Shown here: piece by piece, positions 42,801 through 57,113 of the stretch
Layout: each line of letters opens with the position of its first letter
How positions within the stretch are numbered: the first letter of the stretch is position 1
NCBI GenBank assembly: GCA_964016885.1
Contig: OZ024740.1
Span: 166,656,001-166,720,000, forward strand
Origin: Eledone cirrhosa
Lineage: Eukaryota
Direction of reading: 5' to 3'
Length of the DNA: 64,000 nt
Position numbers and translations under genes: made by a program
The notes under the pieces: generated by a model
Seen by the model: the letters and a program-made list of their open reading frames with translations, nothing else
Databases searched by the model: none
What the model was told of the DNA's origin: nothing

Positions 42801-45800
42801 GCATTTCGTATATCATGATCTCACTGATTGGGAGTTACATCCATAGCTAGTAATCAGAAGTGATTGAGTAAGCGAACTCGTTTCTAGAACGACTGAAGGA
42901 CAAGAACATGTACACATCCTAGTCTTAGTATAACCATGTTCGCTGGATAGATTACATCTAAAGAGTAGACTACTTAGCCTCCCGGTGCTGTTGGCGACCG
43001 TGTGTTTCGATTTGCATATCCGATTGTAGTTCCCTTGCAAACCTCATTAAAAGTCTACACGATGCTTTTATATTAGGGGTTCCCACATCGTGGGAGAAAC
43101 CCTCCCTCATGCTTTTCAATGTCTGTAGGAAGATGCGTATTAATAGTAATGTCTGCGATATATTGAATGTGTTTGTGCCAAATATTTCCTCCTCCGTCTC
43201 TATATTCACTCTTTGTACTACGAGGGACATCAGTTGTTGATTTGCCCTTCTCTACAACACAAAGTTTGGTATGTGTGTATTTGATGGTTTCTCATTCTGT
43301 TTTTGTGCCGTGTGTTTGCTTTTTGACTTGTTGGTTTTGTTGTAGTGTTGCATGTTCTGCTTGTAGCAGAATGTGATGTTAGTGTTGGAGCTGCTGTAGT
43401 TGGAGATTTGTATGTTGTGAGTGCATTTTGTTGGGTTTCTAGATGTATGTTAGAATGGAGCAGGTGTTGTTTTTGCCTTCTGTTTCTTGAGCTTTCGGGG
43501 GTTCCATTTGTTCCTCGATGCGAGAAGATAAGATTTCTCTGTTTGAGTTATTTGACTCAGATGAGTATTGTAGTGTGGGTATACAGGGTGATGTATGCTA
43601 GAGTCCACTAGATGTCTAATTCTGGATAAATCCCAACAATACGGATTGTTACTCCAAGAGGAAACATTACGAATGTGTCCGTTTTACACAACACCACAGA
43701 GTATTTACTTGAAAAAACATCTCTTTTGAAGAGCACTGAGATGGTCCCAAACTGGTTGGCCTATACAACGTGTTGTATATCTGACATCATGCTGCAGCCA
43801 GCTCCGGCAGTTTGTGCTTGATACCGATAAAGTTGTACGTAAGGGATTTTCCCAATCGCTGCAATCATATCAGGCGGAACACATATGTTGACCAGGCAAC
43901 GAAAGTGTTAATACATAATTTTAAATAACGTATGTTCCTCCTTACGTTTTATCCTAGTAGTGTGATACTCAGCAACTATGTAATTCGAATAATTCAATTA
44001 ATAATACTATACCATTGAAATTTTCTGTCTACATAAGACCCACCAAATACTCGCTGTTATTGCTAAAGCACGTTAATTCTCTATAACGTTAATTAAGTGA
44101 AATCATTTAAATCCTGTTACAAGACATGACATTCAAGATGCAAGATATTTCAGAACTGCTTTTGTTCACGTTCTTCAACGCTGAAATGAATACACGTGCC
44201 TTCTAACAGAGAATGAGCCAGCCACTCACTTTTATAATTATTTCCTAGTGAACCTATAAACCCAACCGCTCCTTTGAGAAGTTATGTAAACACTAAGTGA
44301 ATCAGATTTTTGTATTTCAACGCAGTTATCTCTACGTTTGTAAAACGATAGTGTGAGAGTTATAAATTGACTCCACTTTCTAGTGATATTGGAATTTCGT
44401 GGCAGTATAGGGATTAGGCAGATGTATAGCTACATGATCAGTATGTTACAGCATAAGGATATTATAGAGGCTTAAGGATTTGGTGAGCTGTATTTAGAAA
44501 CATAAAAATGTAAACTATACTCATTTATTTATCCTTCGCATTAGTGTGTAATTCTGTTTCAATTGCTTAGTTCATTATGATAAATAGTACCCTTCAGCAA
44601 GATTTGAATCATTTTGTCTTCAAATGTGATACGAGTTATGATTTTTATCCTTTTTTTCCAATAGCAACATAGTATGTGAAATAACTATGCTTACGTACTA
44701 AAATTAAGTCAAGAATTTTGTTCGTCGGCAAAATAAAATGCATATACAGATGGTATATCTGAATAAGAGAAGTTCTCTCATAAATTATCTAAAGAGCTAA
44801 TAACGTTGAGGTTAAATGCTATTTCGACAATAATTTGTGATAAGAATATTGTGACATTGAAATTAAAGAGGTTTTTTGTTAGTTATTTCAAAAGAAAATG
44901 GAAGTGAAAAAATAGATGAAGTAACACAGCTTGTCATTGGTAGACCGTAAGAACAATAAGAGGGCTTGTCATGCCTGTTGAATCACTAAGAAACATGTGT
45001 ATATTGATAATATCTCTATCTAAAAAGGGACGATGGAAGAGATGGAATAATCGTTAATAGCATGGAAATATTTTAATATTCTTCTGTCATATCAAATTAA
45101 ATTTGGGGGATTAAGGAGAAATATGGTGATTGCCGTTAATTACAAATCACTTATTAAACGCTTAATAAAATTCGGTCGGATACTATGTTTCAATTTAATA
45201 TTAAATATTAATATAAAATGAAACATTCATTAATTAATACCACTTTCCTTCCCTTTCTACGTGGCAGACAGCGTGAAAGGACGACGAGAAGCAGAAGCAG
45301 AGAAGGAATGAAATAAAGGAGACGAAACAAGTGAATATGTTAATATTCGAAGTGGGTGAAATGTATTGAATAGTTTCTTTCTTTTTGGGAAAATATTTCC
45401 TGAATAATTCTTAATTATCAGTAATCCCTAATGAGTACTACATCCAAGTTATTGAAGTTGGTCTCATTCAATGAGAAGGAAAGGGAAAAACGTAAATGTA
45501 TTTCTGCATTGTCAGCAGAATTAAAATCCACTTTTAAAACATTGCTATCAAGTGTGCGTGTGTATGATTTCTGGTTTGTTAGAATTAAACCCAATTATGA
45601 TTTGCTGTAGAATGTTTCTACCACGTGCCAAGAAACTATGCTAACAGGAGGTTTCGGGCTGGAATCGAAAGGTTGACAATAGCGTACGACTATCATCACT
45701 GATACCACCATCACTATAGACACCATCAACAAGGCCAGCGTCATCACCAACAGCAAAAATCTACAGTAAAAGCAGCAACAACTACAACAACAATAACTAC

Positions 45801-46382
45801 AACAGAAACAGCAACAAAAACTACAAAGGCAGAAAAGACAGAATTCGCGGAGAACACACAATCCCCGCCTCTCCAAAAATGAAATCACACACACAAAGGA
45901 TTATCTTGCTTCATACAAACACACACATCACAAAACGCAGAAACCACAAATGTAGACATATCTACAACACCAAACCCACAAAACCCACAACGCTCAATAC
46001 TATCTCTACACGACAGTCATAACTACCCACAAAAAGAAAACATATGCAACAACAATACCCAACCACTCAGACACCAAACTTTGTGCTAATGATCAGAGCT
46101 AATGAAAAATTGATGACGGTAATATCACGAAGTAAAGACGCGGAGATATTCAGCACCAGCATTTTTAAAGTGCCACAAACTAAAGCAATAGATTTGTTTC
46201 TTTCAAAATGCTTCAGATTGACATGTTTATTGATGAGAATGTTTATCTTGGATATTCATTACAATTATATTTGTTGTTAATCTACCATTTTCCCTTTGTT
46301 GATGTTCCTTTATCTTTACTCAATGTAAACTGCACTTTGTAATTTTACGTCCTAGTATTGTTCCCAATATATTGGGCCCATA

Positions 46383-47095
46383 TCTACATATATAAAACTG
46401 AGGATGTATTTCTGTGTGGGTGTGTGAGTTTGAATCCCTAAAACTCGAGAAGCACCCAACCGTCTGTTTTCAAACATTACACATGTCCTAGGGACCGCAT
46501 TAGGCGATTTAGCGATCTCTCTCTATCATTCTTAGTCTTTCTCATTTTAGACAGATACATACATATAACGCCGCGCCCTTATACTATCTGTCTGTATGTT
46601 TGGCTGTCTGCATTACGTCACTTCCCTGAGGATGCCTGCGTGTCTGTGTCTGTGTGTGTCTGTGATTTTGAATCCCTAAAACTCGAGAAGTGCCAAACCG
46701 ATCTTTTTCAAACTTTACATGTCTTTACATGTTTCAGGGAGTGTTATGCACATAGAAAATTCAACTTTTTGGGCCGCATTAGGTGAAAAACTGCGTTTTT
46801 AAAGCTTGTTAGGGGTTTTTTGAGGCGTTACGTCCAGCCGATTTTCACGAAATTTCAAGGCATATTGGGCACATAAAAAAAAATTATTTTCTTGATCCCC
46901 TAGGGCCCGCATTAGGTGAAAACCTGCATTTTTCCTTCTTCATCGAGAAAAATCTTAAAGATTATCCAGCCATCAGAGTATTCGGTTTATTTTCTTTACA
47001 TATTGTCCAGGCATGCAGTTTTTTCACGATTAGGTCTGTTGGCGGCCCGCGTTCCAAAATAGCTTATCCCGTGTAAAGCCGGGTACCACTGCTAG
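46383..47095 (+). mobile_element. Non-autonomous Helitron-like element
   Basis: 5' A|TCTACATATATAAAA; 3' hairpin CCCG-TGTAAAGC-CGGG followed by CTAG|T; no TSD; internal repeats TGAATCCCTAAAACTCGAGAAG x2 and CCGCATTAGG x3. Confidence 0.8.
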
Positions 47096-47654
47096 TATTC
47101 AATAAAATACATAATTATTGTCATCTCCATTATCTTTAATATAATAGTAATTATTAATATGTTGTTGTTATTGTTTTGTCTGACATATTTGTAGCATCTT
47201 AGGCCCAATTAGAAGGAGAAAAATAAATGAACCAAATTATGATGTGTTAATGAAAAAATAAAACAGGAAATAATTTGGGTAACATTTAGACAGAAAGGAA
47301 AGAAAGAGTCATGTAAATTGTGAAGGTTTGTGTGTGCATGTGAGAGTATATGAGGAAAGGGCGTCTACGTATGTGTGCGAGTGGGTGCATCGATATATGC
47401 ACACACACATAACTAAAATAACTAAATAATTGAAAAAGTGAACGTGAGAAAGAAAATGAAGTGAGATGGGGGCAATATACAATATGAGTGTTAATGAAAA
47501 AAATATACATATGAAAATATAAAAAAAAACGACGAAAAAGGAACGTAGATTGAAATCTGTATCGATCTATGTTCAATATTATCAAAGGGTGAACGCTATT
47601 ATCAATATTTTATCAGCTGATACTACATAAACCATTTTACGTATGTCAGTAGTG

Positions 47655-48754
47655 TACGAGGGTCGACTGAAATGAAAGGGTAATAGGCTGACCAAGATAA
47701 TCTCATGGTATGTGCGCAAATGAAGTTTATTTTTCAACATACTCCTCCAGGTTTCTAGCCAAGTGTTTTTTCATGTTGAAGAACAGATAATAATTATATG
47801 GGAACAAATCAGAAGAATAGGAAGGATGAACAACCAGTTCATAGCCACAGTCATGCACAGCAACCTTAGAAACCAAGCGCCTGTGTTCTGGAGCAGTGTC
47901 CTGATGTGACAAACTATCTGTTGTCAGTTTTCCGGGGAGGTTCGTCTTGATAGCCTTTCGTATTGCCTCAGCAAGTTGGCATAGTACTCTCCATTGATGG
48001 TGTGGCCCTTTTGAAGATAATCAATAAACCCAATGCCTTTTGCATCGCAAAATCTGAGGCCATCACGTTCTCTGGCGATGAATCGACCCTGACATTCTTT
48101 AGAGCAGATGAGGAGGGGTGTTTACACGGGATGGACTTTCTCTTTCACTCTAAGTGGTGAATACACCACACATCCTGGATTAAGAAACATTCAACGAAAC
48201 CAGCTCGACTTGCTTCAAATAATATCAGATTATCCATGATGGGATCAGGTGTCAGAAGACGTGGCACCCACCGAGCAGCAACAGTCATCATGCCAAGTTC
48301 ATTGTACAGAGTATTGTAAACTCCTTCAAAAGATATGCTAATAGGATTAACTGTTTGATTTATAGTCAATTATCTGTCATTTATCACGATGTGGTGAACA
48401 CAATCATTGTTTTCCTCTGTGGTGGCAGTTGCAGGACGTCTAGACCTTGGGTCATTTTCAAGACTCTCCATGCCCACTCCTAAATTCAGGTGCCCACTTT
48501 CTCACTTTTGATAAAATTGGAGTGCCGTTTCCTGATGTAATAACAATATCAGCATGAATGTCCTTATGGGCTAGAAACTTTGTTCATGTTCATAAGAAGG
48601 CGCTACTAATCACATTTGAAGTCTTCTTTGAACAACTAGTTTTTTCAGAATGTATTTATTAATAAGAAGAGTTGAAATTAACGCATGCAAAATTTCAGAG
48701 CCCCAGAGCCATTCCTTCGTAGCCAGCCTACAAATATTTTAACCCACCCTCTTA
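47655..48754 (-). mobile_element. Degenerate mariner transposon
   Basis: ARWVPRLLT and HQDTAPEH..HPSYSSDLFP..YYLF..MKKHL motifs; ends TA-CGAGGG ... CCCTCT-TA. Confidence 0.9.
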
Positions 48755-49422
48755 TATTATCTTAACATAAAGCATATTGTTAACGATATACAGTATACAA
48801 CTTTATGAAATATTAGGAAACTTTCAAACATTTTGAAACTACGACCATATTGAGGAGACAAAATATAAATAGAACAAACTGTTTATTGTCGTCATAAAAT
48901 AATTGAATAATTTCAAGCTAACAAAATTATTGATGTTATAAATGTATATAATGTTCGACATATAGCGTTGTTTAGGTAGCGCTGTTTACATCACAATGTT
49001 GTATATAATTGGTAAAATCCGAATACCTGTGATGTATATGAGGATTTGATATTAACTATAGGAACATATAGAAACATCAAGGGGGGTACAAAGTAATATT
49101 CATTTCAAAGTAATATATTTGCAAAAGATAGTCTCTTATATGTAAATGATTTCATTTTCTGGAAATAATTAGAAATTATGTCTCTTTTGTGTCAAAGAAG
49201 AAATTTCCCCGAGAGAAAAGAAAGGAAATGTAATCTTCACCAAATAAAAGGTGCTATTTTATTTAAGAAAAGGTAACACCAGTAATGTATTACAACAATA
49301 GTGGGTCTCACTATTACATACACATTTAGGTTAAAGAAATTCACGCAATACGATTCTCACGATTGAAATATTATTTATAATAGAATAATATCGTCACGCA
49401 CAAACATATGGATGTCCCACAC

Positions 49423-49494
<72 letters not shown>

Positions 49495-49497
<3 letters not shown>

Positions 49498-49629
49498 ATT
49501 CACAAAAATGTAGTGTAAAAAGCACACGTACACACACATTCTCACACTAACACAGAAATACTTATATGTATATAATGAAGAATGAAATAATTATATATTT
49601 AAAGGAGAAACAGACACACACACAGACAC

Positions 49630-49705
<76 letters not shown>
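49495..49705 (+). repeat. Left part of a host repeat interrupted by the Penelope-like element (continues 52651-52756)
   Basis: Colinear with the uninterrupted copy at 56841-57113. Confidence 0.9.
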
Positions 49706-49711
<6 letters not shown>

Positions 49712-52647
49712 TAAAATAACAGATTAAAGTTTAAGCAAAGAATCGCTGCTTTCACCTTTAACGGGATCTTCTGAAACTAACAAAGTCAATCTGTAAACGC
49801 AGAACTGGATATTTCAAAAAAACGTTATAACCGGAGGAAGACAGGAAGACGATACTTTGGTTCGTGGAAACGTTCGCTGGCAAAGAACGGGAAAAAACGA
49901 ATAATACGTCATTAATAGGAGCGGTGAAAAACAATTACGTGCAAAGACAGAACCACGTTTAGGTATAAAAGAGGTCGTAGACTAATGTTCTCTTAGGTGA
50001 TGCATAGAGACGTTCTCTGGCAATGAACGAAAAAACGAAGATAATAAGTCATATGTGGAACGTAGAGAACAATAGCAAGCAAAGACAAAACCACGTAAAT
50101 GGTATAGCAGAAGTCGTAGACTAAAATTCCTACTAGGAGACCAAATGAATCTCCGCTACAGAGTTAAGAACAAAGTAAATAAATACAATACAGAAGTAAT
50201 AGAAATAAATAAATACATACACGCAAACAAATACGTACATACACAAGCATACGCAAAACCTTACCATAGGTAAAATCCACGCACATATAAATATGTGTGT
50301 GTGTGTGTATGCTTGTGTACAAATAAATAAATAATTATATAAACGTATATAAGTAAATAAATACGTATATAACAAGCGCACACACATACCTACATATAAA
50401 TACACGAATGTTCGGAGACGTAAGTCAACTAAAACAAGAAGTACACATATACGCACACCCACCATACGTACAAACCTGCATACTCACGCAGACGCAAAAC
50501 TCCCGTATACACATAGCCAAACCCTAAATACCAGAATATATAAAAATTATACGCCATAACAATCAAATATACGTAAGAGATGGTATACATACCTTCACAA
50601 AACATACGGGTAATATATACTTACCTATGCAAATAAGTAAAGGAATAAACAAAACATATACTAAGCTCTCACATCAAGACGTAAAATATCCACGTATAGA
50701 TCGTACTATCCGTTAGGGTATAACGTGGGGCTGTAATAATGGAAAGCTTTGTGCAATTTATGTTTACAAGCCGAAATTGCCTCAGATTTTTTGTTTAAGA
50801 TGTGGTCTGTGGCGTAGAGTATTTCCAGGGCCTCAGCGGCGCAGAGGTCACATGGTCTTTTATTTCCGTTATACAATCTAGCCCTAGCTAGGATCTCCCA
50901 GTGTAACTTATATTGGGTGTTGTTGTCTTTTAGACTCCAGATATAAGCTGAAAGTGACGTCATATTCCTTCTTAGAGGATAACGCAAAGAATGGGTATGC
51001 ATGTAGAGACGCTGCTTGAAACTATTGGCGGTTAACCCTATGTAGGCCCTACGGGACGTGGGTGTTACAACCTTACATTTGTAGACAATGTTACTAGAGA
51101 GGCATTTCCCGAATAGGGGGCAAATGGCCCGATTCCTACAATTACAGTTAGTACTAACTACAGGGTTGCACGTGTTCCTACGGGTAGATAGTTTAGCTAT
51201 ATTTGAAGCTGTGATGTTATGTGCAAAGTTAGGAGTCGTAGAGTAAGAAATTTTAATAGTATTTCTATTAAAAATGTTACTATGTTTATGTGTAGGGGGA
51301 AAATGCTTCGTAATAAGGGAAAGAAAGATCTTAGCTAATGGTGTGGCCACCTCCATATTATATGGTGGGTTAAACCAACAAATGCGACGTGATCTATTTC
51401 TACTAGGTCTATTTTCGTACTCTGTATATGCTACCTCATCGACAAATCCACTTCGAGCAAGAGCTTCATTGTAATAAGTGGAATGGTCGTTGAAAATGCA
51501 CTCGTTGGTGGAAAGACGGGAAAGCCTCAACGACACGTTTCTTACCAGGTTCTTGGTTATGCTGGCAGGATGGTTGGAATGCTTACTTATGTAATTAAGC
51601 GTATCATTCGGCTTTCTATACGGGTAATACAACCCATTCAATAAATTGAGGGTAACGTCGAGGTATGTATGTGAAGGTATGTATACCTTCTCGTACGTAT
51701 ATTTGATTGTTATGGCGTATAATTTTTATATATTCTGGTATTTAGGGTTTGGCTATGTGTATACGGGAGATTTGCGTCTGCGTGAGTATGCAGGTTTGTA
51801 CGTATGGTGGGTGTGTGTATATGTGTACTTCTTGTTTTAGTTGACTTACGTCTCCGAACATTCGTGTATTTATATGTAGGTATGTGTGTGCGCTTGTTAT
51901 ATACGTATTTATTTACTTATATACGTTTATATAATTATTTATTTATTTGTACGCAAGCATACACACACACACACACATTTATATGTGCGTGGTTGTTTAC
52001 CTATGGTAAGGTTTTGCGTATGCTTGTGTATGTACGTATTTGTTTGCGTGTATGTATTTATTTATTTCTATTACTTCTGTATTGTATTTATTTACTTTGT
52101 TCTTAACTCTGTAGCGGAGATTCATTTGGTCTCCTAGTTAGAATTTAATGTACGACGTCTGCTATACCATTTACGTGGTTTTGTCTTTGCGTGCTATTGT
52201 TCTCCACGCTCCACATATGACTTATTATCTTCGTTTTTTCGATCATTGCCAGCGAACGTCTCCATGCATCACCTAAGAGAACATTAGTCTACGACCTCTT
52301 TTATACCTAAACCTGGTTCTGTCTTTGCGCGTAATTGTTTTTCACCGCTCCTATTAATGACGTATTATTCGTTTTTTCCCGTCCTTTGCCAGCGAACGTT
52401 TCCACGAACCAAAGTATCGACTTCCTGTCTTCCTCCGGTTGAAAACGTTTTTTGAAATATCCAGTTCTGCGTTTACAGATTGACTTTGTTAGTTTCAGAA
52501 GATCCCGTTAACGGTGAAAGCAGCGATTCTTTGCTTAAACTTTAATCTGTTATTTTAATAAATATTTGCTCTACGGTTCTTATATATTTGATATATATTT
52601 ATCCTTATTGGGCCCTCTTTGGATTTAGTCTTCAATTTTATTATTAT

Positions 52648-52650
<3 letters not shown>
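49705..52650 (-). mobile_element. Penelope-like retroelement, 5'-truncated, with inverted pseudo-LTRs
   Basis: Inverted arms ~49705-50598 and 51671-52563 flank the RT/GIY-YIG ORF; inserted in (TA)n. Confidence 0.95.
50706..51641 (-). CDS. Penelope-like ORF C-terminal half: RT thumb, Cys-rich motif and GIY-YIG endonuclease (5'-truncated, no native start)
   Basis: YRKP..YI..HSNHP, WFNPPY, CNCRNRAICP..GKC, IVYKCKV..AYIGLT..FKQRL..H, CDLC..E; the frame extends to YLDVTL at the inversion junction ~51668. Confidence 0.92.
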   Translation of the reverse strand: MNGLYYPYRKPNDTLNYISKHSNHPASITKNLVRNVSLRLSRLSTNECIFNDHSTYYNEALARSGFVDEVAYTEYENRPSRNRSRRICWFNPPYNMEVATPLAKIFLSLITKHFPPTHKHSNIFNRNTIKISYSTTPNFAHNITASNIAKLSTRRNTCNPVVSTNCNCRNRAICPLFGKCLSSNIVYKCKVVTPTSRRAYIGLTANSFKQRLYMHTHSLRYPLRRNMTSLSAYIWSLKDNNTQYKLHWEILARARLYNGNKRPCDLCAAEALEILYATDHILNKKSEAISACKHKLHKAFHYYSPTLYPNG

Positions 52651-52705
<55 letters not shown>

Positions 52706-52810
52706 TAAGAAGTGCGCTAGCAGCCGAAGTGTAGGATAAAATGTTATCGCTAAAAAATTAAAGTTAGTACAAAATTAAAGTTAGCAGAAAAAATGTACAT
52801 ACACATACCA

Positions 52811-52844
<34 letters not shown>

Positions 52845-54223
52845 TGGTATGTGTATGTGCATTTTTTCTTCTAACTTTAATTTTATACCTAATTGTGTAT
52901 GGTTGACGATATATTTAATCGATATCCACGTGCTATTGAAATGCTGGGTAAATATTCTATAGCTGTTGATCACGAATAGATGGCTGTCATTTATTTATCT
53001 ATTATTTCTTCATATGCGCCTTTTAATCTTATAGCCTGGTTTATTTGGATTTTTGTGTGGTTCGTTATGTTAATTGGGAGAGGAAATAGAGTATATATCT
53101 TATCAAATGATTCTATGGACATAATTTATAGTAAATTATATATATATATATATATTCATTAGTTAAGAAAAACAAGACCACAAACTTCACAAGGAAGACG
53201 TTATTAAAAGATTGTCAACATATTTTAGTTTGATGTAAGGAATGTAGAGAATAATAATAATAATATTAATAATAATAATGTCCGTTTACAATTGTTTCGC
53301 TATCCATATAATATTTCTGGATCAGATGACTATATATCATAATTGATCTGGTTCAGTTGAAAATAATTAACATATTTCAAAAACAGAGTGGCTCATCGGA
53401 ACTCAAAGGAATATAAATTAAAATAATGTTACATAATATAATGTTCAATATATTGGTTTTTACTATGGTGTCTTGGTTGGATCAGCTGTCAGCTATAATC
53501 ACACAGTATTCATCTGTCGAGGCTGTATTATGTGCGATCTGCCTATGGGTAACAAGATGGCTGACAAAGGGCATATTTACCTTACTAATTAGAGGGTGGT
53601 TTCAGGGGAAGTAACTTCTCGAGAAATTAGAGATTGTGAGTATTTATAGTTAAGTGCTAGTTTTTAAATGTTTTAATTGAGAGACAATGTAGGGGAGGTA
53701 ACTTATAATTATCGAGTTGTTTATAGCAATTTAACTTATTAGCTACAAGTAGAAATGGGGCTACATGACTAAGTTGAGTCAAAAACTCTATTGGCGAAGG
53801 AATTAGCCCTTCGATGTTGACAGCTAATGGTTACCTCCGTTCTATCGTTAATCGGTAGAGGTCGTGATAGAGTTATGTAATATGCTTCCGTAACATAGAG
53901 ATCACAAGATTTTCTTCGTGCATTGAACGGTTGGGCCTTAGCTACGATATCCCATTTTAGTGAGTGCTGAACGTTGTTTAATTTAAGGTTTTTAATGAGC
54001 CTAGCTAGCGATGTCGAACAACTGTTGCTAGGGTCTCGGAAGGAAAAAGATTGAGCGTTATAGCGTACCTTAAACCGTGCACCTATAGACTATGTTGGGT
54101 GTCAGGCAGTGTCCATTTAATGGGCATGCCTTTACGCTTTGGCTTCTAACTAACTCACCAATCTCTCCTCTCATATCTCCTCTAGTATCTCCATCTCTCT
54201 CTTTAAGATTGGTTACTCTTGAA

Positions 54224-54265
<42 letters not shown>

Positions 54266-54269
<4 letters not shown>

Positions 54270-54456
54270 ATTGTTTCTACATTTGGCACAATGCCAGCAA
54301 TTACCCAGTACATTACAGGTACTTTATTTTATCGACCCCGTAAGGATGAAAGGCAAAGTTAACCTCGACGGGATTTGAACTCAGACCGTAAAGGGACGTA
54401 ACTATGCTTCAATGCATGGTGTCCCACCCTCTACCGATACTGCCAATCCACCGCCC
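54266..54456 (-). mobile_element. tRNA-derived SINE, full length
   Basis: Head, core and tail on the minus strand. Confidence 0.92.
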
Positions 54457-55118
54457 TATATATATATTATAATAATAACAATAAAAGGACGATTTGTCTT
54501 CATTACGTTTATTGGATTTCGCTACTTATCAGCTGAAGGTCCGATCTGTATCGATCTAGCCCGACTCTGGAATCAAAAGCTCGTCGGACGTCTGGTATGG
54601 TAATTACCGCTACGAAATAAATATAATGAAGACATAACAAATCGCCCTTTTATTATTATACTTACACCCTGCTTCTTTCTACACCTCATTTCCGACTGGA
54701 AACTACGCATCGAGTGCTCACTTGGGTGAACCTACAGTAAATGCACGTACGTTACATTCCCTGTATATATATATATATATATAAATTCAGCGAGAATCGC
54801 ATTTCGGCTGGTATAAAAAGCGAAACGTAACGAAAATTCTGCGTCATGCTGGCAAGCGCTCCATGGGCTAAAAAAAACAGACCAATAAACATAGGTTATG
54901 AAGGCCATACAAACTGAGAAGGCGGTCAAGAAGCCATTATCCACATAAAACTAAAAAACAGGTCAAGCTAAACAGGTCAGACAAAATAAATGACATATTC
55001 ATATATAGGTATATATATAACAAACCTGGACCCTAGGAATTGATGGTAACATCCTGTACAGGGTTTCTGCGACACCTAAATCAATCTATATTACTGTCAG
55101 CTTAAAACAATAAGCCTT

Positions 55119-55308
<190 letters not shown>

Positions 55309-55451
55309 GAGTATATGTTGGTTGTATACCAACACCTCAGTATGCAGGCTGGAGCACTCAACGAAGTGCGCAGGTTGGTTTGGTTACTCCGGAGTAATGT
55401 AAAATAAAGTAAAATAAAAAGACAAATGTTTAAAATGTAGCTTCGTTTATT

Positions 55452-55506
55452 ACTGCTATATATATTTCGGTGACAGCCATCTTTGGCTGTGACCTCTTCA
55501 GGCAGT
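55452..55506 (-). ncRNA. Type I hammerhead ribozyme (family B)
   Basis: Minus strand reads ACTGC-CTGAAGA-GGTCACAGCCA.AAGA.TGGCTGTCACC-GAAA-TATATA-TA-GCAGT. Confidence 0.88.
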
Positions 55507-55719
55507 CCGAATTAGTGTGGTATAGACAAATACATATGTTGTTGAGGTGTATAATTTTGTCAATACTCTGATATGCCCAGTTCCAGGTTGGGTTGTTATT
55601 TCATATGATTCCAGTTCCTCAGTGAAATAACAACCCAACCTGGAACTGGGCATATCAGAGTATTGACAAAATTATACACCTCAACAACATATGTATTTGT
55701 CTATACTACACTAATTCGG

Positions 55720-55774
55720 ACTGCCTGATGAGGTCACAGTCAAAGATGGCTGTCACCGAAATATATATAGCAGT
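55720..55774 (+). ncRNA. Type I hammerhead ribozyme (family B)
   Basis: ACTGC-CTGATGA-GGTCACAGTCA.AAGA.TGGCTGTCACC-GAAA-TATATA-TA-GCAGT followed by AATAAA; predicted AUA cleavage after 55769. Confidence 0.88.
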
Positions 55775-55819
55775 AATAAACTAAGCTAAATTTTAAACAT
55801 TTTACATTTTATTTTACTT

Positions 55820-55863
<44 letters not shown>

Positions 55864-56840
55864 GGAATAGAATGAAACGAAATTTCATTTCTCACTCTTA
55901 ATACGGCACTTACTTAAATGTAAGTATGTATGTATACGTACATACATATATATATACAGGCGTACAGTAGTATGTATATATATACATACATGCACACATA
56001 TATATATGCACGTATCGGTTTACCGAACATTTATTATAATGCTCGGTTTGTTTGTTTGTAAACAAACAGACAATCCGAATTACATACTACTGTACGAATG
56101 TAGAAATTCACAAATAAAATCACAGAAAATGTACAAATTCACTAAATGTACATAGTTACAATTTTATCTGAAAGTATTTAATTAGTATTAAATATTATTT
56201 TATTGTTTGTCATCCGGATGAGAGCTATACGATATGTAATTCATATAATCATACATGCTTTTCTATCTAACTATAACCTGTGAAATAATAAGTTACCCAT
56301 AGCAAAAGAACCACATGTTAGCGTTGCGAGGTAATGGCAAAAATGCCACAAACCTATTTGGGTGAAAGAGAACTTTTGCCCGGCGTGGTTTGAAAACCTG
56401 TCATAAATGAATTTAATAATGACATCTAATATAGACACAAATCCTCTAATATTTGACTGATTCTTTAATTCTAGACCCAGGAAGAATGAAACCGAGAGTT
56501 GAATTTGGAACAACCTGAACTCACTAAATAAAAAGAGAAAACAAATACAGTAAAACATCCGATTCTCCAAGAAGTCTGCCAGTCTATTTGAATAAGCCAA
56601 GGAATTGTTTTCGACGCTCTACATTTTCTGCCAATCCCTTATTCTGTAAAACAATAAGCGCTCCTGATTGACGATCTCCGCTCACTAGTTATCACGATAT
56701 AACAGAAAACATTTGTAGTAGATTGCCAGATTTACGTATTGAGTGCGTAGATGTTGGAGACGATTCTTATTGATAGAGCCATTTTAAGACGATTAGATTA
56801 TAGTGTACTAATTTATCTAGAACCTATTGCAAAGATAGGA

Positions 56841-57113
<273 letters not shown>

